64,000 bases of DNA from Macrostomum lignano (Eukaryota), in NCBI GenBank assembly GCA_002269645.1, contig NIVC01000176.1, forward strand, positions 770,367 through 834,366. The letters run 5' to 3'. Position numbers and translations under genes: made by a program. Under the pieces are notes generated by a model. The model saw only the letters and a list, made by a program, of their open reading frames with translations, was not told where the DNA came from and did no database searches. Shown here in pieces: positions 26,001 to 36,600 of the stretch. The stretch's first letter is position 1. Each line of letters starts with the position of its first letter.

Positions 26001-28029
26001 TAACTACAGTAAGCTACAGCATACTACAGTAAGCTACAGCATACTACAGTAAGCTACAGCATAACTACAGTAAGCTACAGAATAATACAGTAAGCTAGAG
26101 CATACTACAGTAGGCTACAGCATAACTACAGTAAGCTACAGCATAACTACAGTAAGCTACAGCAAAACTACAGTAGGCTACAGCATAACTACAGTAAGCT
26201 ACAGCATAACTACAGTAAGCTACAGCATAACTACAGTAAGCTACAGCATAACTACAGTAAGCTACAGCATAACTACAGTAAGCTACAGCATACTACAGTA
26301 AGCTACAGCATAACTACAGTAAGCTACAGCATAACTACAGTAGGCTACAGCATAACTACAGTAAGCTACAGCATAACTACAGTAAGCTACAGCATAACTA
26401 CAGTAGGCTACAGCATAACTACAGTAAGCTACAGCATAACTACAGTAAGCTACAGCATAACTACAGTAAGCTACAGCATAACTACAGTAAGCTACAGCAT
26501 ACTACAGTAAGCTACAGCATACTACAGTAAGCTACAGCATACTACAGTAAGCTACAGCATAACTACAGTAAGCTACAGAATAATACAGTAAGCTAGAGCA
26601 TACTACAGTAGGCTACAGCATAACTACAGTAAACTACAGCATAACTACAGTAAGCTACAGCAAAACTACAGTAGGCTACAGCATAACTACAGTAAGCTAC
26701 AGCATAACTACAGTAAGCTACAGCATAACTACAGTAAGCTACAGCATACTACAGTAAGCTACAGCATACTACAGTAAGCTACAGCATACTACAGTAAGCT
26801 ACAGCATAACTACAGTAAGCTACAGAATAATACAGTAAGCTAGAGCATACTACAGTAGGCTACAGCATAACTACAGTAAACTACAGCATAACTACAGTAA
26901 GCTACAGCAAAACTACAGTAGGCTACAGCATAACTACAGTAAGCTACAGCATAACTACAGTAAGCTACAGCATAACTACAGTAGGCTACAGCATAACTAC
27001 AGTAAGCTACAGCATACTACAGTAAGCTACAGCATACTACAGTAAGCTACAGCATACTACAGTAAGCTACAGCATAACTACAGTAAGCTACAGAATAATA
27101 CAGTAAGCTAGAGCATACTACAGTAGGCTACAGCATAACTACAGTAAGCTACAGCATACTACAGTAAGCTACAGCAAAACTACAGTAGGCTACAGCATAA
27201 CTACAGTAAGCTACAGCATAACTACAGTAAGCTACAGCATAACTACATTAGGCTACAGCATAACTACAGTAAGCTACAGCATAACTACAGTAAGCTACAG
27301 CATAACTACAGTAAGCTACAGCATAACTACAGTAAGCTACAGCATAACTACAGTAAGCTACAGCATAACTACAGTAAGCTACAGCATAACTACAGTAAGC
27401 TACAGCATAACTACAGTAAGCTACAGCATACTACAGTAAGCTACAGCATACTACAGTAAGCTACAGCATACTACAGTAAGCTACAGGAAAGCCGGAAGCC
27501 TCACATTAAGCGCTTGACTAGGAGAATAGTTTGAGTCCAGCCAGGCCTCATTGCTCATCAGCTTGGCTCTGGGATCAATGATCAGCACATTCCACTCGGT
27601 GATTGACAGGTTCCTAGCCGCATAGGCGTAGTTCACTGAGCAGGCTAGAACGATTTGAGCCTCGGTGCCGGCGGCCGGCAGCAGGCGGACGACTCGGCCA
27701 CGGATGCTGGCCAGCGGTGATGAGGCGTTGCTAGGCTGCAGCACGGCAACTGAGTAGCTCACGGAGCGGGCGCCGCGCCACCTGGAGCGGCCGCTGCGGA
27801 ACGAGCAAACGAAAGCTGCCGAATCGGGCTTCGGGTTGTCATAGTAACCGAACAGTCTCCGACCTTCGGTTGTGTAGAAAGCCACGGCTGGTGAATGGGG
27901 AACGATTCGTTGGGAGAGATTCGCCGAGCGGGTCGCGGCGACGGCTAGGGCGACAGATTCTTCTGCTCCTAGAAGAGCAGCGAACAGAAACGCCAGCAAG
28001 ACGGCGAAGCAACGATAGCGCTGCTGCAT
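19621..28029 (-). CDS. Gene B: secreted ~820 aa protein with signal peptide, Ig-like domains, a SUEL-like lectin domain and a C-terminal ALK/LTK-type glycine-rich domain
   Basis: Exons (minus strand): 27505-28029, 24716-25015, 23369-23660, 22830-23079, 21902-22113, 21544-21815, 20140-20619, 19621-19752. Phases are consistent and the total is 2463 nt. Signal peptide MQQRYRCFAVLLAFLFAALLGA. Ig signatures VSCQV...FECRA and LSCQA..P.VTYSW...ICCKG. SUEL-like LVCGERSTMGILQVRY...RIEVDYFC. ALK/LTK GR motifs [85 protein letters not shown]. The stop follows YYLDNQC. Confidence 0.85.
19832..20137. repeat. (TAC)n/(TAA)n trinucleotide microsatellite in the last intron of gene B
   Basis: About 100 tac/taa units starting directly at the donor GTGAGTAGTAGT (minus strand). 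Confidence 0.97.
20718..20962. repeat. 48-bp minisatellite (~5 copies)
   Basis: Unit tcccagggatttgccaaggtcatattccaggaattttccagtgtcgtg. Confidence 0.9.
21163..21442. repeat. 40-bp minisatellite (~7 copies)
   Basis: Unit aagaataacaagactgaaccagacagagagggagagagat. Confidence 0.93.
22102..22815. repeat. 34-bp repeat containing the exon-5 acceptor of gene B, grading into an ~18-bp (ccccctccgatccttgac) repeat
   Basis: Unit tgatcactgacccctatcagatccttgacccatc. On the minus strand it reads GATCAG|ATGGGTCAAGGA, as at the true acceptor (22113). Confidence 0.88.
23108..23360. repeat. ~15-16-bp degenerate repeat (ccaattctgtcact core)
   Basis: Repeated ttctgtcactcc motif filling gene B intron 3. Confidence 0.8.
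23735..24703. repeat. Compound minisatellite (tgtcaggagactacagtaga, 20 bp; higher-order ~120-bp blocks; 9-bp tgtcaggga)
   Basis: The tgtcagga core is repeated throughout gene B intron 2. Confidence 0.92.
25185..27486. repeat. 20-21-bp minisatellite (ctacagtaagctacagcataa)n, ~2.3 kb
   Basis: About 110 copies filling gene B intron 1. Confidence 0.97.
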
Positions 28030-28518
28030 GTTGGATGCAGTCTCGAGTATTGGCAGGTGTCTAAAATCTTGAAATTTGAGCGTTTATTAAAGCCCAAATA
28101 GCTGGTTTGGAACAGTAAAATCTTATCTTCTTGCGCAGAATTTCGATGCCAGAAAATTGCCAACCCAATCTGTAAATTTATGACACAGTGATGACACAAG
28201 CAGAAACTCAATATACAGCGCCTACCACTACTAACCTGCGCGTATACATTTAAGGCTAAAAATTCAAACAAATCAGCATGATAAGCTGCGCTTTGAAGTA
28301 AGTTCAGGAAATTTCTGAATTGAAGAAAGTTATTTGACGACGTTTGGAGGAGATGCAAGCAAGACTGATAAGATGCCAATTAGCTGGGGGCAGATGGATA
28401 AGGGGGTGAAGCAATGAAGATTTGTGCGCTCAGAATCTAGATAAGATAGTAAGTTAAAGCCTGTAGGTTTTTGGACTTGGTTGGTTTTTCTATAACAGCT
28501 GAAGAAGCACCAAATTTG

Positions 28519-29177
28519 GGTGTCAGATGGTGCATGGTGTCAGGGTGAATCAATCTGGGTGTCAGATGGTGCATGGTGTCAGGGTGAATCAATCTGGGTG
28601 TCAGATGGTGCATGGTGTCAGGGTGAATCAATCTGGGTGTCAGATGGTGCATGGTGTCAGGGTGAATCAATCTGGGTGTCAGATGGTGCATGGTGTCAGG
28701 GTGAATCAATCTGGGTGTCAGATGGTGCATGGTGTCAGGGTGAATCAATCTGGGTGTCAGATGGTGCATGGTGTCAGGGTGAATCAATCTGGGTGTCAGA
28801 TGGTGCATGGTGTCAGGGTGAATCAATCTGGGTGTCAGATGGTGCATGGTGTCAGGGTGAATCAATCTGGGTGTCAGATGGTGCATGGTGTCAGGGTGAA
28901 TCAATCTGGGTGTCAGATGGTGCATGGTGTCAGGGTGAATCAATCTGGGTGTCAGATGGTGCATGGTGTCAGGGTGAATCAATCTGGGTGTCAGATGGTG
29001 CATGGTGTCAGGGTGAATCAATCTGGGTGTCAGATGGTGCATGGTGTCAGGGTGAATCAATCTGGGTGTCAGATGGTGCATGGTGTCAGGGTGAATCAAT
29101 CTGGGTGTCAGATGGTGCATGGTGTCAGGGTGAATCAATCTGGGTGTCAGATGGTGCATGGTGTCAGGGTGAATCAG
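28519..29177. repeat. 39-bp minisatellite, ~17 essentially identical copies
   Basis: Unit tcagatggtgcatggtgtcagggtgaatcaatctgggtg. It produces the MHHLTPRLIHPDT repeat ORFs. Confidence 0.97.
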
Positions 29178-30105
29178 TTCTGGCAGACTTTGCTACCGAT
29201 ATGTACATGTAGCGCATGAAACTTTGTAAAGGGTATTTAAAATACTTTGATACACGAAAATTTATTAAATAAATTACCTTCAAAAATGAGCTTTCACTTC
29301 TCGGGTACTCCGAGTGTTCCTCTCAAGGTGTCAAAATGTTTTTTGAGTCAACTATCCGTAGATCCGCCGCGGTTTTTAAGTCGTCCCAGCCACAGGAATT
29401 CCGATTGTGTAAACAAATTGAAAATTTCCGGATTTTTTTGTTGTAATTTAAATGAGTAGACAGACATGCGGTACTATATATTGAATATTCAGCAAGCCAA
29501 AAAAGTTCTTTTTACCTTTGGAAAGGAAATAAAATTCTGCAATGAGTCACAGTCTCGCCTTGTGTCGCCCTTCTGACCTGCCTAATTGCACCCTCTCTTG
29601 ACCGAAAAAATTATTTGTTTAAATTATTCCATTTTTTGTTAATCAAAGCACAGTCGAGTCATTGGGGGGGGGTTCGCTTGTCCCATTAGAAATGCGAGAA
29701 TTTCTACCCAACCAGTGAGTTGCCGTGAGTCATGAACTCTACTCTGAAATGCCGAAACTCGCAGCACAAATCACGCGCACAACGCCCATTGCCCAGTGAC
29801 TCGGTGTGACTCAGCGTCTCTGCTCAAACACACTCGATCTTCAAAGTCTTCTTTTGTGCTCAATGAAGGCGACTCAAACCCAATTACGGCTGAGAAATTG
29901 TTTCGGAGAGCGTGGGTTGAAGCGTGAGTGAGTGTTAGCTAAGCTCTTCCGCATTCCGGGGTGTTATTATTTTTTAATTTTATTTTATAGAACAAATATA
30001 CGCCGTCCCTACTGTTAGTAGGAGTTAGTAGCTTGAATAATTGAGTAAGTAGAGTGAATTGACAGCTGTTAATCGAGTTAAATATAGCATTCCCCCAAAC
30101 CAATT

Positions 30106-30379
30106 CATTCCAATTCTTTTTTCGCGCACTCCCGGGATCTGTCTGCTGGGTGGTGGCCTGGGTGGACTCGGTCCTTGCACCGTCCCTGATTCCACTAATA
30201 TTGGGTTGGCGGTGTCTTAGTCCATAAGGCTTGGGTTAGTAGCTCCCCCTGGCCCAGACGTCAGGGTCCAACCTCGGGGTATCTCGGGCTAAGGCCCCTG
30301 GAAGTGCCCCTCAGCGGCAGAGCCCCTCCCAGGGCTGATCCGCGGGTAGCCCCCGGCTTCCCTCCCCGTTTAACAACAA
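30106..30379 (+). mobile_element. Probable 5'-truncated non-LTR retroposon (LINE 3' end or SINE) with an (AAC)n tail
   Basis: GC-rich ~275-bp island ending ...cctccccgtttaacaacaac. It is flanked by a 10-bp direct repeat caaaccaatt at 30096-30105 and 30380-30389 (candidate TSD). Confidence 0.5.
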
Positions 30380-30481
30380 CAAACCAATTGAGCCAAGAAG
30401 AGTGCAATTCCATTCTAAGCAATCAACAGTACAGCATAGAGGTTTTACCATAGACAAAGACTGAATAGATGTACATGTTTA

Positions 30482-30608
30482 GCCCCTGTCTCTTGCTGGC
30501 GCCTCTGTCTCTTGGTAACGCCTCTGTCTCTTGATGGGCACCCCTGTCTCTTGGTGGGTCACCCCTGGCACCCCTGTCTTTTGGTGGGTCACCCCTGGCA
30601 CCCCTGTC
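30482..30608. repeat. Minisatellite (ggcacccctgtctcttggtgggtcacccct-like), left part, interrupted by the palindromic element
   Basis: The same repeat resumes in the same orientation at 38744-38808. Confidence 0.85.
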
Positions 30609-33600
30609 ACTACTAAGGACTGGCAGATGTGTTGATTTTGGAGGTGGGGTGGGTGTCAACCCTCCTCGCCTCTCATTGGCTGGCGCCCCGATCACTAGGT
30701 GATCGATACCCGTATCGATATCGGCGCTCGGCGCGCGCGCGCCGCAGGCGCGTGGCGCCAAGCGCCGCAGGCGCACCCTCCCGATATTAGATCCCAATAA
30801 ATCAATCAGACCCCAAATCAATCAGATCCCAAATCAATCAGATCCCAAATCAATCAGATCCCAAGCGCACCCTCCTGAGCCGCAGACGCCCATGCCGCAG
30901 GCGCCCCGAGTGTACACTCTCCCGAGCCAAAGGTACACTCTCCCCAGTACACTCTCCCCAGTACACTCTCCCGATATGTACACTCTCCCACTCTCCCGAT
31001 ATGGGTGTACACTCGCCCAATACAGGTGTACACTCTCCCGATATGTAGTCAACGATACGTACCCCGCAGGCACCCTATACCTCACGCCCTGCCCCCACCT
31101 AGCCTCTTCCCCTCTCTCACCCACATCTCAACTAGCGAAATCGAACCCAGGTCGCGCCCATACTAGGCCACTACACGGTTTGGGGGTATAGGGAGCGAGA
31201 AGTTTTAACCCTGATGCTGACGCAGCCCTGTACAGTGAGCGTGTACGGGCAGAGAGGGGTGGGGCGGACAGAGAACCAGCCACTAGGTTGTTATACTGTT
31301 GAAGCATAGGGAGCGAGAAGTTTTAACCCCGATGCTGACGCAGCCCTGTACAGTGAGCGTGTACGGGCAGAGGGTGGGTGGAAAGAGATGTGAATAACAC
31401 AGCCTGCTGCAGGAGCCGGATAGAGAGGCGCATGCTAGGACAGAGAGACAGTGTGAGTCACACACACACCCACAGAGAGAGCCGTACAGAGGATAGAGAG
31501 CTCCCTCCCCAGTTGCAGGGGACAGAGAGGCAGGCAGGGTATGCAGGGGCATGCGAACAGTCAAGGGGCCACGCGAGGATAGAATGGAGGAGCAGAGATG
31601 TGTATGGACAGAGAGCAGGCCACGCGTGCGTAGTGTGAGGGAACAGAAACATATGGAGCAGGAGGGAGATAGGAAGCAAACGCGCAGGGTAAGGGAGCCA
31701 CACAGGGCGGTACAGTGAGACACGGGCAGGGGTGGAGCCGTGCGTGGACAGAGCTGAACGGCATGGTCAGCTGCAGGAATAGGATGATAGAGAGGCGCGG
31801 ATAGGAGGGACAGAGAGCAGTGTGCAGGGGTAGGCAGCCACGCTGGCAGGGAACAGAGGCGCGTGTAGCCAGTTGCAGCCCGGGACAGAGAAGTGTGAAG
31901 GGGGCCTGGGACAGAGTTCCGAGCAAGGCACAGAGAGGTAGGGTCCGGTAGCCATGTATAGACAGGGACCCACGCGAGGGCAGGACAGGGGAGTAGACAT
32001 GCAAGTTGCATGCAAGGCCAGAGAGGTGTGCGCGGAGGGTGACAGAGAGCAGTGTGTAGGGGTAGGTAACAGCAAACTTTAGTAGAGGTGCGTGCGGGGA
32101 CGGAGAAACCAGTCTGAGCGTACAGAGACGTTACAGAGAGGTACACAAACAGAGAACAAAGCGAGCAGAGCACATGTGTAGGCGCAGAGACGTGAGGGAG
32201 AATCGACCAAAACACGCTATGTATTATCAAAAGTTGGTTTTAGTGCAGCATATTTAATAGTGGGTAGTATAATAGTATGTACATAGTAGGTATAATGGTA
32301 GTAATAATAGTAAGTATATTAGCCCAAAAGGTAGGCTAAAACAGGCTAAACTGTGTGTACGCATCCTCATCACCCCACAAGCCCCCTCTCCCGCCAGATT
32401 CACTCTTCCAAACCCTCCTGTATTGCTGTATGAAGGAAAATATAGTGTAAAAATACAGATGTTAACCGTCAGACCGCTGAAATCAGGGCACACTAGAGGG
32501 GGTTTCGGGTCTGCATGCTCTATGTAAGCTGCTTGAGGAGGTTCCAAGGGCGTTGTGAGGGTTTCCATTATGTTTTGAAAAAACTAGGGGCTTAAATACA
32601 ACGTTTTATTCAAAAAGTAGGTTATTTTAATGAAATAGCTGACACAATCATTGTCGAGAGTAGAAATTTTTATAAGAAACCAGGCATTTTAGCAAAAATA
32701 AACCTTCAAACCACATAAAATTGAATAAAAAGCAGACATTTTCAATTATAAACCGCAAGTATTTTAATAGAAAAGTAAGCAAACAAGGCACAAAAGCAGC
32801 AAATTTTACCTTTTTTATTTTAATGTTACTGTTAAGGTAGAGAGTAGAAACTTGTGAGCTGTACGGAGTTAGAAAGTATTAACCATTATGTATCGTATGA
32901 ATTATTAGTTCAGTACCAGCCATTGGTCAAGCGAGCATTTATGAAGTTATTACGAGTGATGAAGGGATAGAGAGCTATATACAGGAAGACAGTATCCTTC
33001 TAAACCACCACGAACAGATTGCTAATACAGATAAGCTTTGTCTGTGTGCAGTATGAGTAAGCGAAGGCGGGGCAAATACTTTTCCACATGCCGGACAGAA
33101 CAGTATTGTGCTAGGATTTCTCTCGAAATCGCGGTACGTTACTAGTTTTTATCACACCATCCAGATGCGTCAACTAGTCAGCAGTAGTCATTTATATGTT
33201 ATTAGAACTTACAAACCCAGGTCAGGTAAATATTACAAAGAGTATATTACGTACACACGCCAACTCCGAATACCAAGCCATACTAGTCTACTTGCAGTGC
33301 TCCTGGAGGGAAGGGACGGTCAAGAGTTACACACCAAGAATGCATTCACACAAAGAGTACACCACTCGAGCCCCGTCCATGCGCCCCGATATGTATGACG
33401 CAGGCAACCCTCCCGACATGTATGCCGCAGGCGACCCTCCCGACATGTACCCAACATGTATGTCGCAGGCGACCCTACTCACATGTACCCCGACATGTAC
33501 ACCCTACCAAATGGCACTCGAGCCACAGGTGCCAAGCGGCCCCCGAAATGTACGCCGCGGGCGCCCCCCCCCTCCCGAGCCGAAGGTACACTCTTCCAAT

Positions 33601-36600
33601 ATGAGTGTACACTCTCCCAATACAAGTGTACACTCTCCCAATATGAGTGTACACTCTCCCGATATGAGTGTACATCGATTTGTAGTCAACAATACCTATT
33701 AACACAAAATTAGGCTAGTGAAAACTACTTATAGTAGGTGAAATTGCGTATATTTACGTAAAAAGTAAGCAAAACACATATTAATCACATCAGTAGGTGT
33801 AAATATCAGGGCATAATACATATTACGAAACATATAGGTGTACGGACATATAGAATTAAGCATATGGACAGCAAAAACACACAATGTAGGTGCATTTTAT
33901 CGATATTTTGGCAGAAAAGTAGGTGAAATAGACAAAATAGTAGGTATAATACACAGAACCTACTCATTAGTGTAGTAGGCGCTTGTAGATGCTAGTATAT
34001 TGTAAAACATAGGTTGAAATACACATACGCACAGTAGATACAAGTATAATGCAGGTGCATATGCACACACTGTAGATTCGAATTATGTAGATGCATAGGC
34101 TAAAATACACACATCGTAGAGACAGAAGCAGGCATAATGCAGGAAAATTATGATACATATTAGTGCGTAAAGTATCATATTATGACACGCTGTAGCACAT
34201 ATTGACATAATGCAGGGGAAAATATTGACAGAAATAGTACACAATTGTAGAGGTAACAACCCGCCAACTAGTAAGGGCATCCAGCACTTGTTCAGGTTTT
34301 TATTATTTCGAGACGAGTGTCATGCCCCCGCAAGAGATCTTGTGTTTGTGTTTGTGTGTGTGTGTGTGTGTGTTTGTTTGTGTACATTGTGTACATTTGC
34401 GTACATGTGGTCCTATATACCGGAAATTGCGTACATTTATGCGTACAATTATGTCTATGCGCTACATTGTGTGTAGTTCGTTGCCCTGCGTTTGTAAATA
34501 CAGTTTAGTCCGTGCACTGCATTGATGCCTACTTTTGTGTTAGGTACCTGCTTTTTATTAAATACACTGCACCAAAAGCAACTTTAATCGGTACATACTG
34601 TGTTTTTGTAGAGGTGCCGGTATGCTTTTTAATACATATGTCTTTAGTGTAATTTGGTGTGCTTCAACTTGGCTCGCGAATCTTGCACTATAGCTCTCTA
34701 GTGGAAAGTACTCTTACTTGTGCTGGCTGCAGGTGATAGTAAGGCTTTCTGCTTGACTTCTTTAGTTTACTTGATGGTTAAATGAGGAGTGGGAGCTGAC
34801 GCGCCTACCTCGGGGAGGAATGCAGCCCCACGGTCTGGTGCAGTGCAGCGCTTTCTGTTATCCCTCTCCGTCCGCACTGTACTTGGTCTCCGCTAGGATC
34901 ACCCCTTGGGGTTAAGAGTGGGCGGGTCCTTTGTACTCGACCCTGGGTTAAAAACTCGCATTTGGAGGCTCTGGGGAGAGTTGCAGTGGAGTTCAACAAA
35001 TTTCTGATAAGATCTCTTGCGGGGGCATGACACTCGTCTCGAAATAATAAAAACCTGAACAAGTGCTGGATGCCCTTACTAGTTGGCGGGTTGTTACCTC
35101 TACAATTGTGTACTATTTCTGTCAATATTTTCCCCTGCATTATGTCAATATGTGCTACAGCGTGTCATAATATGATACTTTACGCACTAATATGTATCAT
35201 AATTTTCCTGCATTATGCCTGCTTCTGTCTCTACGATGTGTGTATTTTAGCCTATGCATCTACATAATTCGAATCTACAGTGTGTGCATATGCACCTGCA
35301 TTATACTTGTATCTACTGTGCGTATGTGTATTTCAACCTATGTTTTACAATATACTAGCATCTACAAGCGCCTACTACACTAATGAGTAGGTTCTGTGTA
35401 TTATACCTACTATTTTGTCTATTTCACCTACTTTTCTGCCAAAATATCGATAAAATGCACCTACATTGTGTGTTTTTGCTGTCCATATGCTTAATTCTAT
35501 ATGTCCGTACACCTATATGTTTCGTAATATGTATTATGCCCTGATATTTACACCTACTGATGTGATTAATATGTGTTTTGCTTACTTTTTACGTAAATAT
35601 ACGCAATTTCACCTACTATAAGTAGTTTTCACTAGCCTAATTTTGTGTTAATAGGTATTGTTGACTACAAATCGATGTACACTCATATCGGGAGAGTGTA
35701 CACTCATATTGGGAGAGTGTACACTTGTATTGGGAGAGTGTACACTCATATTGGAAGAGTGTACCTTCGGCTCGGGAGGGGGGGGGCGCCCGCGGCGTAC
35801 ATTTCGGGGGGCCGCTTGGCACCTGTGGCTCGAGTGCCATTTGGTAGGGTGTACATGTCGGGGTACATGTGAGTAGGGTCGCCTGCGACATACATGTTGG
35901 GTACATGTCGGGAGGGTCGCCTGCGGCATACATGTCGGGAGGGTTGCCTGCGTCATACATATCGGGGCGCATGGACGGGGCTCGAGTGGTGTACTCTTTG
36001 TGTGAATGCATTCTTGGTGTGTAACTCTTGACCGTCCCTTCCCTCCAGGAGCACTGCAAGTAGACTAGTATGGCTTGGTATTCGGAGTTGGCGTGTGTAC
36101 GTAATATACTCTTTGTAATATTTACCTGACCTGGGTTTGTAAGTTCTAATAACATATAAATGACTACTGCTGACTAGTTGACGCATCTGGATGGTGTGAT
36201 AAAAACTAGTAACGTACCGCGATTTCGAGAGAAATCCTAGCACAATACTGTTCTGTCCGGCATGTGGAAAAGTATTTGCCCCGCCTTCGCTTACTCATAC
36301 TGCACACAGACAAAGCTTATCTGTATTAGCAATCTGTTCGTGGTGGTTTAGAAGGATACTGTCTTCCTGTATATAGCTCTCTATCCCTTCATCACTCGTA
36401 ATAACTTCATAAATGCTCGCTTGACCAATGGCTGGTACTGAACTAATAATTCATACGATACATAATGGTTAATACTTTCTAACTCCGTACAGCTCACAAG
36501 TTTCTACTCTCTACCTTAACAGTAACATTAAAATAAAAAAGGTAAAATTTGCTGCTTTTGTGCCTTGTTTGCTTACTTTTCTATTAAAATACTTGCGGTT

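Noticed and set aside
32254-34280. Short ORFs inside the palindrome arms (60-170 aa) as cargo genes
   Set aside because: No recognisable motifs, two are frameshifted between the two arms, and their composition follows the local repeats.
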